IMG/VR virus record: IMGVR_UViG_3300027742_000002
Location: 1 to 48,910 of that record
DNA: 48,910 nt
From: a virus
Direction: 5' to 3' (one strand)
Positions 1 to 6,892 of this stretch are shown piece by piece; position 1 is the first letter of the stretch; each line of letters opens with the position of its first letter. Both the position numbers and the translations under genes were made by a program. The notes under the pieces are model-generated. The model ran no database searches, was not told the DNA's origin, and saw only the letters and a program-made list of their open reading frames with translations.

Positions 1-99
1 TACCCGCAATTAGTAATAAAATCGCGGTAGAAACACTAATAACAAGTAATAGTAAATAACAACAAGTAGTACACAAATGTAATGATTGTTAAACCAAAT
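1..99. repeat. Left copy of a 99-bp direct terminal redundancy, identical to 48812..48910
   Basis: Comparing the first 99 bases (tacccgcaattagtaataaaatcgcgg...gttaaaccaaat) with the last 99 bases of the window by eye shows an exact match. Confidence 0.9.
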
Positions 100-115
100 G
101 TATACCAAATATAAT
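86..115 (+). promoter_or_regulatory. Candidate sigma70-type early promoter (TTGTTA, 18-nt spacer, TATAAT)
   Basis: TTGTTA lies at 86..91 and a perfect TATAAT at 110..115. It sits in the non-coding left end and points towards the early genes. The 18-nt spacer is slightly long and the -35 is imperfect. Confidence 0.3.
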
Positions 116-129
116 CAAATAGACCAAAT
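93..129. repeat. Four phased A(C/T)CAAAT repeats with 9 to 11 bp spacing
   Basis: ACCAAAT occurs at 93..99, 104..110 and 123..129, and ATCAAAT at 114..120. The roughly 10-bp period suggests a binding array or intrinsically bent DNA. Confidence 0.6.
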
Positions 130-225
130 ATTAAAAAGTGGTAGTAAATGTGAGGAGGTACTCCCTCCACACACCAACAAATAGTTTCCCCCATAGGTAC
201 CTTCATAACACTATATAACCATAGT

Positions 226-240
226 CATGTGTAACACATG
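226..240. promoter_or_regulatory. Perfect 15-bp palindrome CATGTGT-A-ACACATG (operator-like)
   Basis: The palindrome was read directly. It is followed by the inverted repeat GTTAC..GTAAC and a second GTAACAC copy at about 254. Confidence 0.5.
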
Positions 241-271
241 GTTACTACGTTGGTAACACCTGTGGTCTTGG

Positions 272-299
272 TGGGCTGCGCCCAGATATGTCTCTTTTG
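272..299 (+). terminator. Small GC hairpin plus ATATGTCTCTTTTG motif (copy 1), candidate intrinsic terminator or attenuator
   Basis: The stem-loop is TGGGC-TGC-GCCCA at 272..284, followed by ATATGTCTCTTTTG at 286..299. The motif matches 13 of 14 bases of the copy at 1077..1090. Confidence 0.4.
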
Positions 300-308
300 T
301 GATTATGT

Positions 309-335
309 TATACACACTATACACACTATGTACAC
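309..335. repeat. Tandem 9-mers TATACACAC / TATACACAC / TATGTACAC
   Basis: Three head-to-tail 9-bp units were read directly, about 30 bp upstream of the first ORF. Confidence 0.7.
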
Positions 336-362
336 TCTGTTACATAACACAACACTAACCAA

Positions 363-677
363 ATGGGTAACCAAATGAATACAAGTAATACAAGACTATT
401 AACAATAGCTAACACCAACACATCAACTGACTTAGTAACCGCAATCAAGGTAGATAACAACATGCTACGATATAAGACAACACACTCTACGGGTTGGGTA
501 GAGTTAATTGATTCAACTGGGGATTGTGGAGCAATCAACTTCGTCAACTGGATGAAAGAGACAGTGGTTGAGAAGACTGGTAAAGAGTCTAACCTTATCG
601 ACTTAGTTGTGCAGTATGTAGATACATTTAGTAACGTGGAGTTACGTAACTTTAAATTCAATGGAGCGCTATCATGA
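363..677 (+). CDS. Hypothetical early protein (104 aa)
   Basis: This is the first + strand ORF and its translation looks protein-like. The overlapping minus-strand ORF 326..769 is low complexity. No clear RBS, and an alternative ATG lies at 375. Confidence 0.5.
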   Translation: MGNQMNTSNTRLLTIANTNTSTDLVTAIKVDNNMLRYKTTHSTGWVELIDSTGDCGAINFVNWMKETVVEKTGKESNLIDLVVQYVDTFSNVELRNFKFNGALS

Positions 678-1000
678 GCAAGTACACAACAAAGCAAGAC
701 CTTAACCGTCGTAAGAGTGACATACGTAGAAACAATAGGAACAAGAGTATGGCTACAAAGATAGTGCATAAAAAGATTAATGTATGGAAGCTAGTAAGAT
801 ACACATGTTACGCTATAATGGCTTACCACTTACATAACGGAGTAGTAACCATGACAGATAGTGTGATACGAGCTAGTAACCAATACACACTGGAGACTAA
901 CTGTGTTAAGGAACAGATAGCAATGGGTGTACCGAGAATACATATTGGTACTGAAGATGGTACATGTTGGGTAGAGACTAATGCGTATTATAACGATTAA
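674..1000 (+). CDS. Hypothetical early protein (108 aa)
   Basis: An ATGA start/stop overlap links it to the upstream ORF, and a GGAG lies about 10 nt upstream. Confidence 0.55.
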   Translation: MSKYTTKQDLNRRKSDIRRNNRNKSMATKIVHKKINVWKLVRYTCYAIMAYHLHNGVVTMTDSVIRASNQYTLETNCVKEQIAMGVPRIHIGTEDGTCWVETNAYYND

Positions 1001-1063
1001 CAAAGACACACCGTTGGTTCTAAGTGTCGTTAACCAATCGTTGACACTCTTGGACTCCACTAA

Positions 1064-1090
1064 GCGACAAAGTCGCATATGTCTTTTTTG
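1064..1090 (+). terminator. Small hairpin plus ATATGTCTTTTTTG motif (copy 2), candidate intrinsic terminator or attenuator
   Basis: The stem-loop is GCGAC-AAA-GTCGC at 1064..1076, followed by ATATGTCTTTTTTG at 1077..1090. It lies between the second ORF and the RNAP1 gene. Confidence 0.4.
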
Positions 1091-1145
1091 AAGTTGGTAG
1101 GATTAATGGGCCGCAAGGTCGTTTATAACTAAGTGAGTAAATATC

Positions 1146-3320
1146 ATGAAAACATCAGTAAATGAAGTAGCAACATCATTAACAGTAGTACAACCTCAAC
1201 TGTCTTTCGTGTCACAATCAGTAGCGAAAGCATTAAAGATAGATGATGTACAAGGTGAGGTTAATAACTTACTGGATCAAGCACGTAATAACATTGGTCG
1301 CTTTGAAGCAACTGATGAGTGGTTAGCGAACAAGCTAACCGAGCTACCAACAGTGATAGAGGGTGACGTTAAGATAATGTACACAGACAGCCGTGACTTT
1401 AGACAAGTTAAGGATCAATCATTGTCTGAATCATTATGGGTTATTGTACTAAAGCAAGTACAATACCATTTATCGGTTAACTATGATCTGTTATCCACAG
1501 CGTTTGCTAACTGGATTAACGACAACGTGTATACCGAGCATGAGGTGTTGGGTGTGAGTGAATATCAGCGAGTAGAGATAGAATCCTCGTCTATGGTATC
1601 CGTAGCAAAGAACTACCTCGTAGCAATGCAACAGCTAGGTATAATCGACAAGAACCTAGTTAAGAAAGTTATTCGATTACAAGCTGGTAACAACATTACA
1701 GCCAAGGTGTACGAAATAACACCTGAGTTCACTAGTGAGCTTAATGAGTTAATCGAAGAACTCCGTGAGAAAGCAGCGTATAAATGTGCTCCGTTAGAAC
1801 ATGTACCACAAGATTGGGAAAACATGAGAGTAGGAGTTGCGGATAACACCAACATGAAGCTTGTGGCCAGAGCTAAGGTCAAGTCGAACTCTGTATCAAA
1901 GCATGTACTTAGTGCGGTGAATAAACTACAGCGTGTTAAGTTTACTGTCTCACCTTGTATTCTTGAAGCAGCTAAAGATATGACCATGAACAAATCACTG
2001 TTCACACAACAAGAGTACAAACATCGTTTCTTCATTGAGAAAGAGGTGAGTAAAGAAGCCTTTGAGTTGTACAATGAGATACAACACTACGCTGGTAAAG
2101 AGTTTTACTTCCCAGTGACAATGGACACACGTGGTCGAATGTACTACCGAGGTGGTATGTTATCGCCACAAGGTGTTGACTTCTGTAAAGCAGCATTCCA
2201 ATTTGCTGAATACAAGCCACTAGGTAAGCAGGGCTATAAAGCGATCTGTTTACACACTGCTAACGTGTGCGGTATGGATGGCGAATCTATCGATGATCGG
2301 GTCAAGTGGGTACAGGACAATTGGGAAACAATTATCTCCGTATCCACTCACAGGGACATCAGGAAGCGATTTCAGGGCGCTGATGTGTTTCAGGCACTCG
2401 TAGCCTGCCTTGAGCTTAAAAGGCTGTCAGTAGGCTCTCAGGCATGGGAGGATCGAACCTCGAATTTAGTCTGTCATGTGGACGGAACCTGTAATGGGTT
2501 GCAGCACATGGCAGCGATCACTGGAGACAGAGCAACAGCAACCGCTGTGAACTGTGTAGAATCAACAAACAGCGACAAACCAGCAGATGTGTATGGATTG
2601 GTTGCAAAGGCAGCCGAAGAACATGCAGTTGGTACACCGTTAGAGTTAATCAAGCAATACGGTAGAGGTATGTCAAAAAATCCGGTGATGATTACAAGCT
2701 ATGGCGCAACTGAAACCACAGTGAAAGCGAACACAGTTACATACCTCAAGAAGCAAGGACAGAACGTAACTAATGCTGAGGATATAGGTGATGCTTATCT
2801 AACCTCTATTGAAGAGACAGCAGGAGCGGTTACTCAACTAACCGACGCATTAAGCACACGTGTACAATTCGCAGTAGCAGCGGGTATGAAGAAGTTTACA
2901 TGGAGAACAGCGGATGGGTTCTTAGCATCCACTCGTTACGATGATGATGAACAGATGGCTGTACGAGTTGGTACATTTTACACTCGTAAGCGTAACATGG
3001 GTTCAGCACCACTTGATGCTCGTAAGACAGCACAAGCAATGGCTCCTAACTTCGTACACAGTATTGATGCAACACACCTCCGTATGGTAATCAACGAGTG
3101 CGACCATGACCTAGTAGCAGTACACGATTCAATTGGGTCACATCCTGGGGATTACTTCGAGACATCACGGGTAATTCGTAAAACATTCGCAGCATTGCAT
3201 AACGAATACGACGCACTTGCAGACCTTTGTGCAAGTATGAAGCAACCTGTACCTGAATTTCCACGTAACGGTGATTACAATGCTAACGAAGCGTTGAAAT
3301 CAGCTTACATATTTTCTTAA
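1146..3320 (+). CDS. Single-subunit T7-type DNA-directed RNA polymerase, copy 1 (724 aa, divergent and compact)
   Basis: Palm motifs are present: HVDGTCNGLQHMAAITGD (motif A, Asp at about aa 446), GRGMSKNPVMITSYGAT (motif B Lys/Tyr), PNFVHSIDATHLR, and VAVHDSIGSH (motif C, Asp at about aa 661). The C-terminus is ...AYIFS, compared with FAFA in T7. Confidence 0.9.
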   Translation: MKTSVNEVATSLTVVQPQLSFVSQSVAKALKIDDVQGEVNNLLDQARNNIGRFEATDEWLANKLTELPTVIEGDVKIMYTDSRDFRQVKDQSLSESLWVIVLKQVQYHLSVNYDLLSTAFANWINDNVYTEHEVLGVSEYQRVEIESSSMVSVAKNYLVAMQQLGIIDKNLVKKVIRLQAGNNITAKVYEITPEFTSELNELIEELREKAAYKCAPLEHVPQDWENMRVGVADNTNMKLVARAKVKSNSVSKHVLSAVNKLQRVKFTVSPCILEAAKDMTMNKSLFTQQEYKHRFFIEKEVSKEAFELYNEIQHYAGKEFYFPVTMDTRGRMYYRGGMLSPQGVDFCKAAFQFAEYKPLGKQGYKAICLHTANVCGMDGESIDDRVKWVQDNWETIISVSTHRDIRKRFQGADVFQALVACLELKRLSVGSQAWEDRTSNLVCHVDGTCNGLQHMAAITGDRATATAVNCVESTNSDKPADVYGLVAKAAEEHAVGTPLELIKQYGRGMSKNPVMITSYGATETTVKANTVTYLKKQGQNVTNAEDIGDAYLTSIEETAGAVTQLTDALSTRVQFAVAAGMKKFTWRTADGFLASTRYDDDEQMAVRVGTFYTRKRNMGSAPLDARKTAQAMAPNFVHSIDATHLRMVINECDHDLVAVHDSIGSHPGDYFETSRVIRKTFAALHNEYDALADLCASMKQPVPEFPRNGDYNANEALKSAYIFS

Positions 3321-3341
3321 TCAGTAGGTAGGAGAAACACC

Positions 3342-3641
3342 ATGAACACATATTTTATAAGTAGAGTAACAGGTCAACGGTATAAGATTGACAAAAGAGA
3401 TATAGCATGGATGAGAAGCGGTAATGAATGGATGCTATGCACAAAAATAACTAGTGAGAAGTTAACAATAGGTAAAAACATATTTAGAAAACTCAAGATG
3501 CACACAGGCGCAATAAAACATCTTGGTAAAGTTGTTAAAGTTCCGTACTACTACACGGACTCTGAAACAATAGAGTTTGAATTTCAAGGTAAAGTATTTA
3601 TGACTCATTACAAATCATTACTTTTTTACGAAGCAGGATAA
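3342..3641 (+). CDS. Hypothetical protein (99 aa)
   Basis: The ORF has an AGGAG RBS (gtaggagaaacaccATG). Confidence 0.6.
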   Translation: MNTYFISRVTGQRYKIDKRDIAWMRSGNEWMLCTKITSEKLTIGKNIFRKLKMHTGAIKHLGKVVKVPYYYTDSETIEFEFQGKVFMTHYKSLLFYEAG

Positions 3642-3644
3642 CTT

Positions 3645-4079
3645 ATGGTCACGAAGCGTAAAGCAGGTGGTGGTCGTAAACCGATGGTGATGCCAAACCC
3701 GTTTGTTGTTTACGACCACTGGGGCGAAGAAGAGAACATCTTGTGGGAAAATGAAGACGAGCTGGAAACTCGTGTAGAAGAAATACTAATAGGATGTATC
3801 CGATCTTTTAATGCACATAAACCGTGGTCTGTAAGACAAGAATATGTTAGCTGGTCAAGGTTATTTAAGGTTTACCGAAACTGCAACACGCTAACAAGAC
3901 AGAATATACAAAACCAGTTACAATGTTCCGAATCTCAGGCGAAAAGGTACGTTAGAGTAATCAAACTAGCAAACCCTTTTTTAGAGAGATTAGTCAAAGG
4001 AGATAACCGCAGCAACATAAAAGGTTATATCGACATGACACCAGATCAAGTAGAGGCTGGGTATTTAGAAAACTTATAA
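3645..4079 (+). CDS. Hypothetical protein with a probable C-terminal helix-turn-helix (144 aa)
   Basis: The segment TRQNIQNQLQCSESQAKRYVRVIKLA resembles an HTH. The gene is tightly packed after the upstream ORF. Confidence 0.45.
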   Translation: MVTKRKAGGGRKPMVMPNPFVVYDHWGEEENILWENEDELETRVEEILIGCIRSFNAHKPWSVRQEYVSWSRLFKVYRNCNTLTRQNIQNQLQCSESQAKRYVRVIKLANPFLERLVKGDNRSNIKGYIDMTPDQVEAGYLENL

Positions 4080-4093
4080 CAAAGGTGATAGTT

Positions 4094-4306
4094 ATGTATG
4101 AATTAGAAGATATTTCAAGATCAATGAAAGTGCAAGATACTAGACACGATGGTAATACTATAAAAGGTAACGTCGTGAAAGGTGGTGGACATTACAACGA
4201 AGGACATGGTGTAAGGTTCGCTGACAAAGATAACTGGGTTGCACGAGCTAACGCACGGCCAACCCTAATAGTACGTAATGGAAAGGTAGTTTATAATGGA
4301 ACTTAA
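4094..4306 (+). CDS. Hypothetical protein (70 aa from the ATG)
   Basis: The track ORF starts at a GTG at 4085. The ATG at 4094 is better placed behind AAAGGTG. Confidence 0.5.
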   Translation: MYELEDISRSMKVQDTRHDGNTIKGNVVKGGGHYNEGHGVRFADKDNWVARANARPTLIVRNGKVVYNGT

Positions 4307-4529
4307 TACTTGGCAGAAGGAAGAATTAATAAAGTCGTTAAATAAACAGAAGACTGATATATTCGCAACCAAAGGAAGTACCACGGAAGCGTTAGATTAC
4401 GCTGTATCATTAGGTAAAGCAGAAGGAATGGAAGCAGGTTATATGACCATAGCTATTATGATTTACCACAACACATTAGTAGACCAACTTATCAAACAGA
4501 TAGCAGGAGTAAACAATGACAAAGGTTAA
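4296..4529 (+). CDS. Hypothetical protein (77 aa)
   Basis: The ORF overlaps the upstream stop, and the packing is consistent with an operon. Confidence 0.5.
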   Translation: MELNTWQKEELIKSLNKQKTDIFATKGSTTEALDYAVSLGKAEGMEAGYMTIAIMIYHNTLVDQLIKQIAGVNNDKG

Positions 4530-4758
4530 GCAAAGTAGTACGAGAAAGATAAGAAAATCAATAATGTCGTCGGCATGGTTTATGGCTATGCAAGAGTTGT
4601 TTAGACCACAAGCACAACCGATGCAGATGTTACATAAACCTGTAAAATACGAAGGTGGTCGATCCAAACAATACGGACAATCACACTTCAAACAAAACCG
4701 ACGTAAAGATTTGAAAGCGAGAGCGAAACGTCGTGCTAAGAAGCACAAACATAATTAA
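4516..4758 (+). CDS. Highly basic small protein (80 aa), possibly nucleic-acid binding
   Basis: The C-terminal tail FKQNRRKDLKARAKRRAKKHKHN is Lys/Arg-rich. Confidence 0.5.
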   Translation: MTKVKQSSTRKIRKSIMSSAWFMAMQELFRPQAQPMQMLHKPVKYEGGRSKQYGQSHFKQNRRKDLKARAKRRAKKHKHN

Positions 4759-4768
4759 TAGGTGTAAC

Positions 4769-5800
4769 ATGAACCAGATCAAATATGGTATGACGCGGGA
4801 ATACCGAGAAGAGTGGGGTATAGTTGAAGCAATCCGCGAATTAGTACAAAACTGTATTGATAACAAGGAATGTGAGCACACCTATGAATTAGAAAGGGAT
4901 GCGTTAATAACAATAACAACGAAGAACTTTACATTACCTGTGAGTACATTCGCATTAGGTGAAAGCCAAAACAAAACATCAGAAAGTATAGGTGGTTTTG
5001 GTGAAGGATTCAAACTGGCTTTGTTGGTATTACAAAGAGCAGGTTGTTGCCCTATGGTTACATTTGGTGATAAAAGAGCACAACCACAGTTTGAATACGA
5101 CGAGCTACTAGAGCGAGAAACATTCATGATAACTCTAGTAGATAGTGAGTATACAGAAGATACTACATTTCAGTTCCTATTCCCGAAGGAATTAAAAGAA
5201 GAACTACAAAAGAAAGTAACAGTATTTAGTGATGAACCATTATCACAAAACATAGATGATGTTGAACTGCTACCAGAGCGAGAGGGCCAGATATTTGTTA
5301 ACGGCCTATTCGTATGTGAAGAACATCAATTTAAGTATGGGTACAACTTTGCAGCAGACAACATTGAATTAGGTTGTGACAGACAGATAGCCAACCCACT
5401 AGGACTTGCTTGGGAAACCAGTAAATACTGGGCGAATAACCTAGACCCACAAGAAGTACTACAAATGATGACGGATGGACAACTTGATGTACAAGACATC
5501 CACTGGCATATAAGCGAAGCACAAGCAGTGCGTATAACAAAAGCATTCGTTGAAAGGTACGGGAATGTGACAATTAAATCCATGGGAAGTACACTCTCCT
5601 ACGGTATGTCAGTTGGCAATAGTCTGTACAACACATTATCAAAATCGAATAAGATTAAAATAGCAAACCCTTATGAGGAATCTGGTACACCATACCGTAT
5701 CCTTAGTGACTTCTTAGAAACAAACAAGAAGCACATGAGGCGATGCGCTAAAAAGAATTTGCAAGAACTAATGGATGAATCTAAGAGTTGGCGCAAATAG
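4769..5800 (+). CDS. GHKL (Bergerat-fold) ATPase-like protein (343 aa)
   Basis: An N-box-like IRELVQNCIDN and a G2-box-like IGGFGEGFKLALLV are present. No canonical DxGxG G1 box was seen. The start was moved to the ATG at 4769, behind AGGTG. Confidence 0.5.
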   Translation: MNQIKYGMTREYREEWGIVEAIRELVQNCIDNKECEHTYELERDALITITTKNFTLPVSTFALGESQNKTSESIGGFGEGFKLALLVLQRAGCCPMVTFGDKRAQPQFEYDELLERETFMITLVDSEYTEDTTFQFLFPKELKEELQKKVTVFSDEPLSQNIDDVELLPEREGQIFVNGLFVCEEHQFKYGYNFAADNIELGCDRQIANPLGLAWETSKYWANNLDPQEVLQMMTDGQLDVQDIHWHISEAQAVRITKAFVERYGNVTIKSMGSTLSYGMSVGNSLYNTLSKSNKIKIANPYEESGTPYRILSDFLETNKKHMRRCAKKNLQELMDESKSWRK

Positions 5801-5824
5801 AGGCATAAGCCTCATCATGATGAG
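5800..5824 (+). promoter_or_regulatory. Overlapping hairpin GAGGC-ATAA-GCCTC and perfect 14-bp palindrome CTCATCATGATGAG
   Basis: Both were read directly in the 76-bp gap between the GHKL-like gene and the 5877 ORF. There is no U-tract. Confidence 0.4.
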
Positions 5825-5876
5825 CTAATACAAACCCGTGGAGTAGCTCACCACTTAATAACAAAGGAGTGACATT

Positions 5877-6287
5877 ATGTCTCTATCAGAACTAGCTGCA
5901 TTTGCAGTTAAAAACAACAACACAGCAGCACGAGTTGGTGTACATACACTATCTCTTGAAGAAGCACGTGCTAAAGTAGTCATTAAAGACGGCAACCGAG
6001 TTGCTAAAGAGGATGGCACACAAGCACTGACACTTGTACTGGGTAAATACGTTGTATCACTTGATGCGGTTTCTAAAGGAGCCACACGTATCAATGCAGC
6101 GAAGAGTAAAGTAAAAGCATTTACTACAACTCTACAAGCTGCACTAGACGCAGGTGATTTTGACGACGCTATCGTAGCAGCGCAGGCAAAAGCTGCTCCA
6201 GCTAACCGCACTGTTAAGCCTAGCGAAACACCAGACGCACCAGAGGAAGCACCAGAAGGTGTCGATCTTGGCGAACTGGATAGCTAA
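5877..6287 (+). CDS. Hypothetical Ala-rich protein with an acidic C-terminus (136 aa)
   Basis: The RBS is strong (AAAGGAGtgacattATG). The C-terminus is ETPDAPEEAPEGVDLGELDS. Confidence 0.7.
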   Translation: MSLSELAAFAVKNNNTAARVGVHTLSLEEARAKVVIKDGNRVAKEDGTQALTLVLGKYVVSLDAVSKGATRINAAKSKVKAFTTTLQAALDAGDFDDAIVAAQAKAAPANRTVKPSETPDAPEEAPEGVDLGELDS

Positions 6288-6644
6288 AATAAACACGGGC
6301 TAATAACCTGAGTTAATTGGGGGTGGTGGTAGATGTAAATTTGCCATCATCTCTAACAATATAAATAACAAACATAAATAAACATAAACAATATAAGTAA
6401 AGTTAGTTCACTTACAACTGTGCTGGAAAGCACGGAACGGTAACTATAGTAAAGATTCTAGGCACAAAGCACCACAGAGTGTGGAAGACAGCAGCATATC
6501 TATTACTATATCTATTGTTATTACACAGTGTGGAATCCAATGTATTGACTCATACAAGATTGAGTATACTACGAGAAAGCACTGCCTCTGTTACCAATTG
6601 AGGGTACAGTCTGTAAGTGAATTAACGAAGTATAGGACAACAAC
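6288..6644. other. AT-rich non-coding region with short direct repeats, a candidate replication origin or regulatory region
   Basis: An AT-rich run (ataaataacaaacataaataaacataaacaatataag) is present. ATATCTATT occurs twice. CACAG(A)GTGTGGAA occurs twice, containing the weak DnaA-box-like TGTGGAAGA at 6480..6488 and TGTGGAATC at 6529..6537. The hairpin GTGCT-GGAA-AGCAC lies at about 6420. The region sits directly upstream of the primase gene. Confidence 0.35.
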
Positions 6645-6827
6645 ATGTTCGGTAAAGAACAACCAGACGTTGTTACTGATGATGATGTTGGTAACTTCGT
6701 TAAACAACTACACCAAGAAGGTGTAAAAGAAATAGAAACTTTTATCTTGGGAGAAGACGATGGAATTAATAGAGATGGACTTCGCAGAAGTCGAGATGAG
6801 AGTAGCAGCACAACCGAAAGTGAATAA
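6645..6827 (+). CDS. Possible small acidic protein (60 aa)
   Basis: The ORF lies in the gap before the primase gene. It competes with the overlapping ORFs 6481..6726 and 6760..6954, and its RBS is weak. Confidence 0.3.
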   Translation: MFGKEQPDVVTDDDVGNFVKQLHQEGVKEIETFILGEDDGINRDGLRRSRDESSSTTESE

Positions 6828-6892
6828 GGATTTAAGAACGAAGTCGTATGTAGAAGCATACGGCTCACCAAGAAAAATGTCAGAGGTTTTAA

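Noticed and set aside
326-769. 147-aa minus-strand ORF at the left end
   Set aside because: Its translation is low complexity and rich in Leu, Val, Ser and Thr, typical of an antisense shadow. It overlaps two + strand ORFs with more protein-like sequence, and every supported gene in the window is on the + strand.
1041-1069. Perfect TTGACA -35 hexamer at 1041..1046 as a promoter for RNAP1
   Set aside because: No acceptable -10 hexamer lies 16 to 18 bp downstream (the candidates there are GCGACA and AGCGAC). This is an isolated hexamer match.
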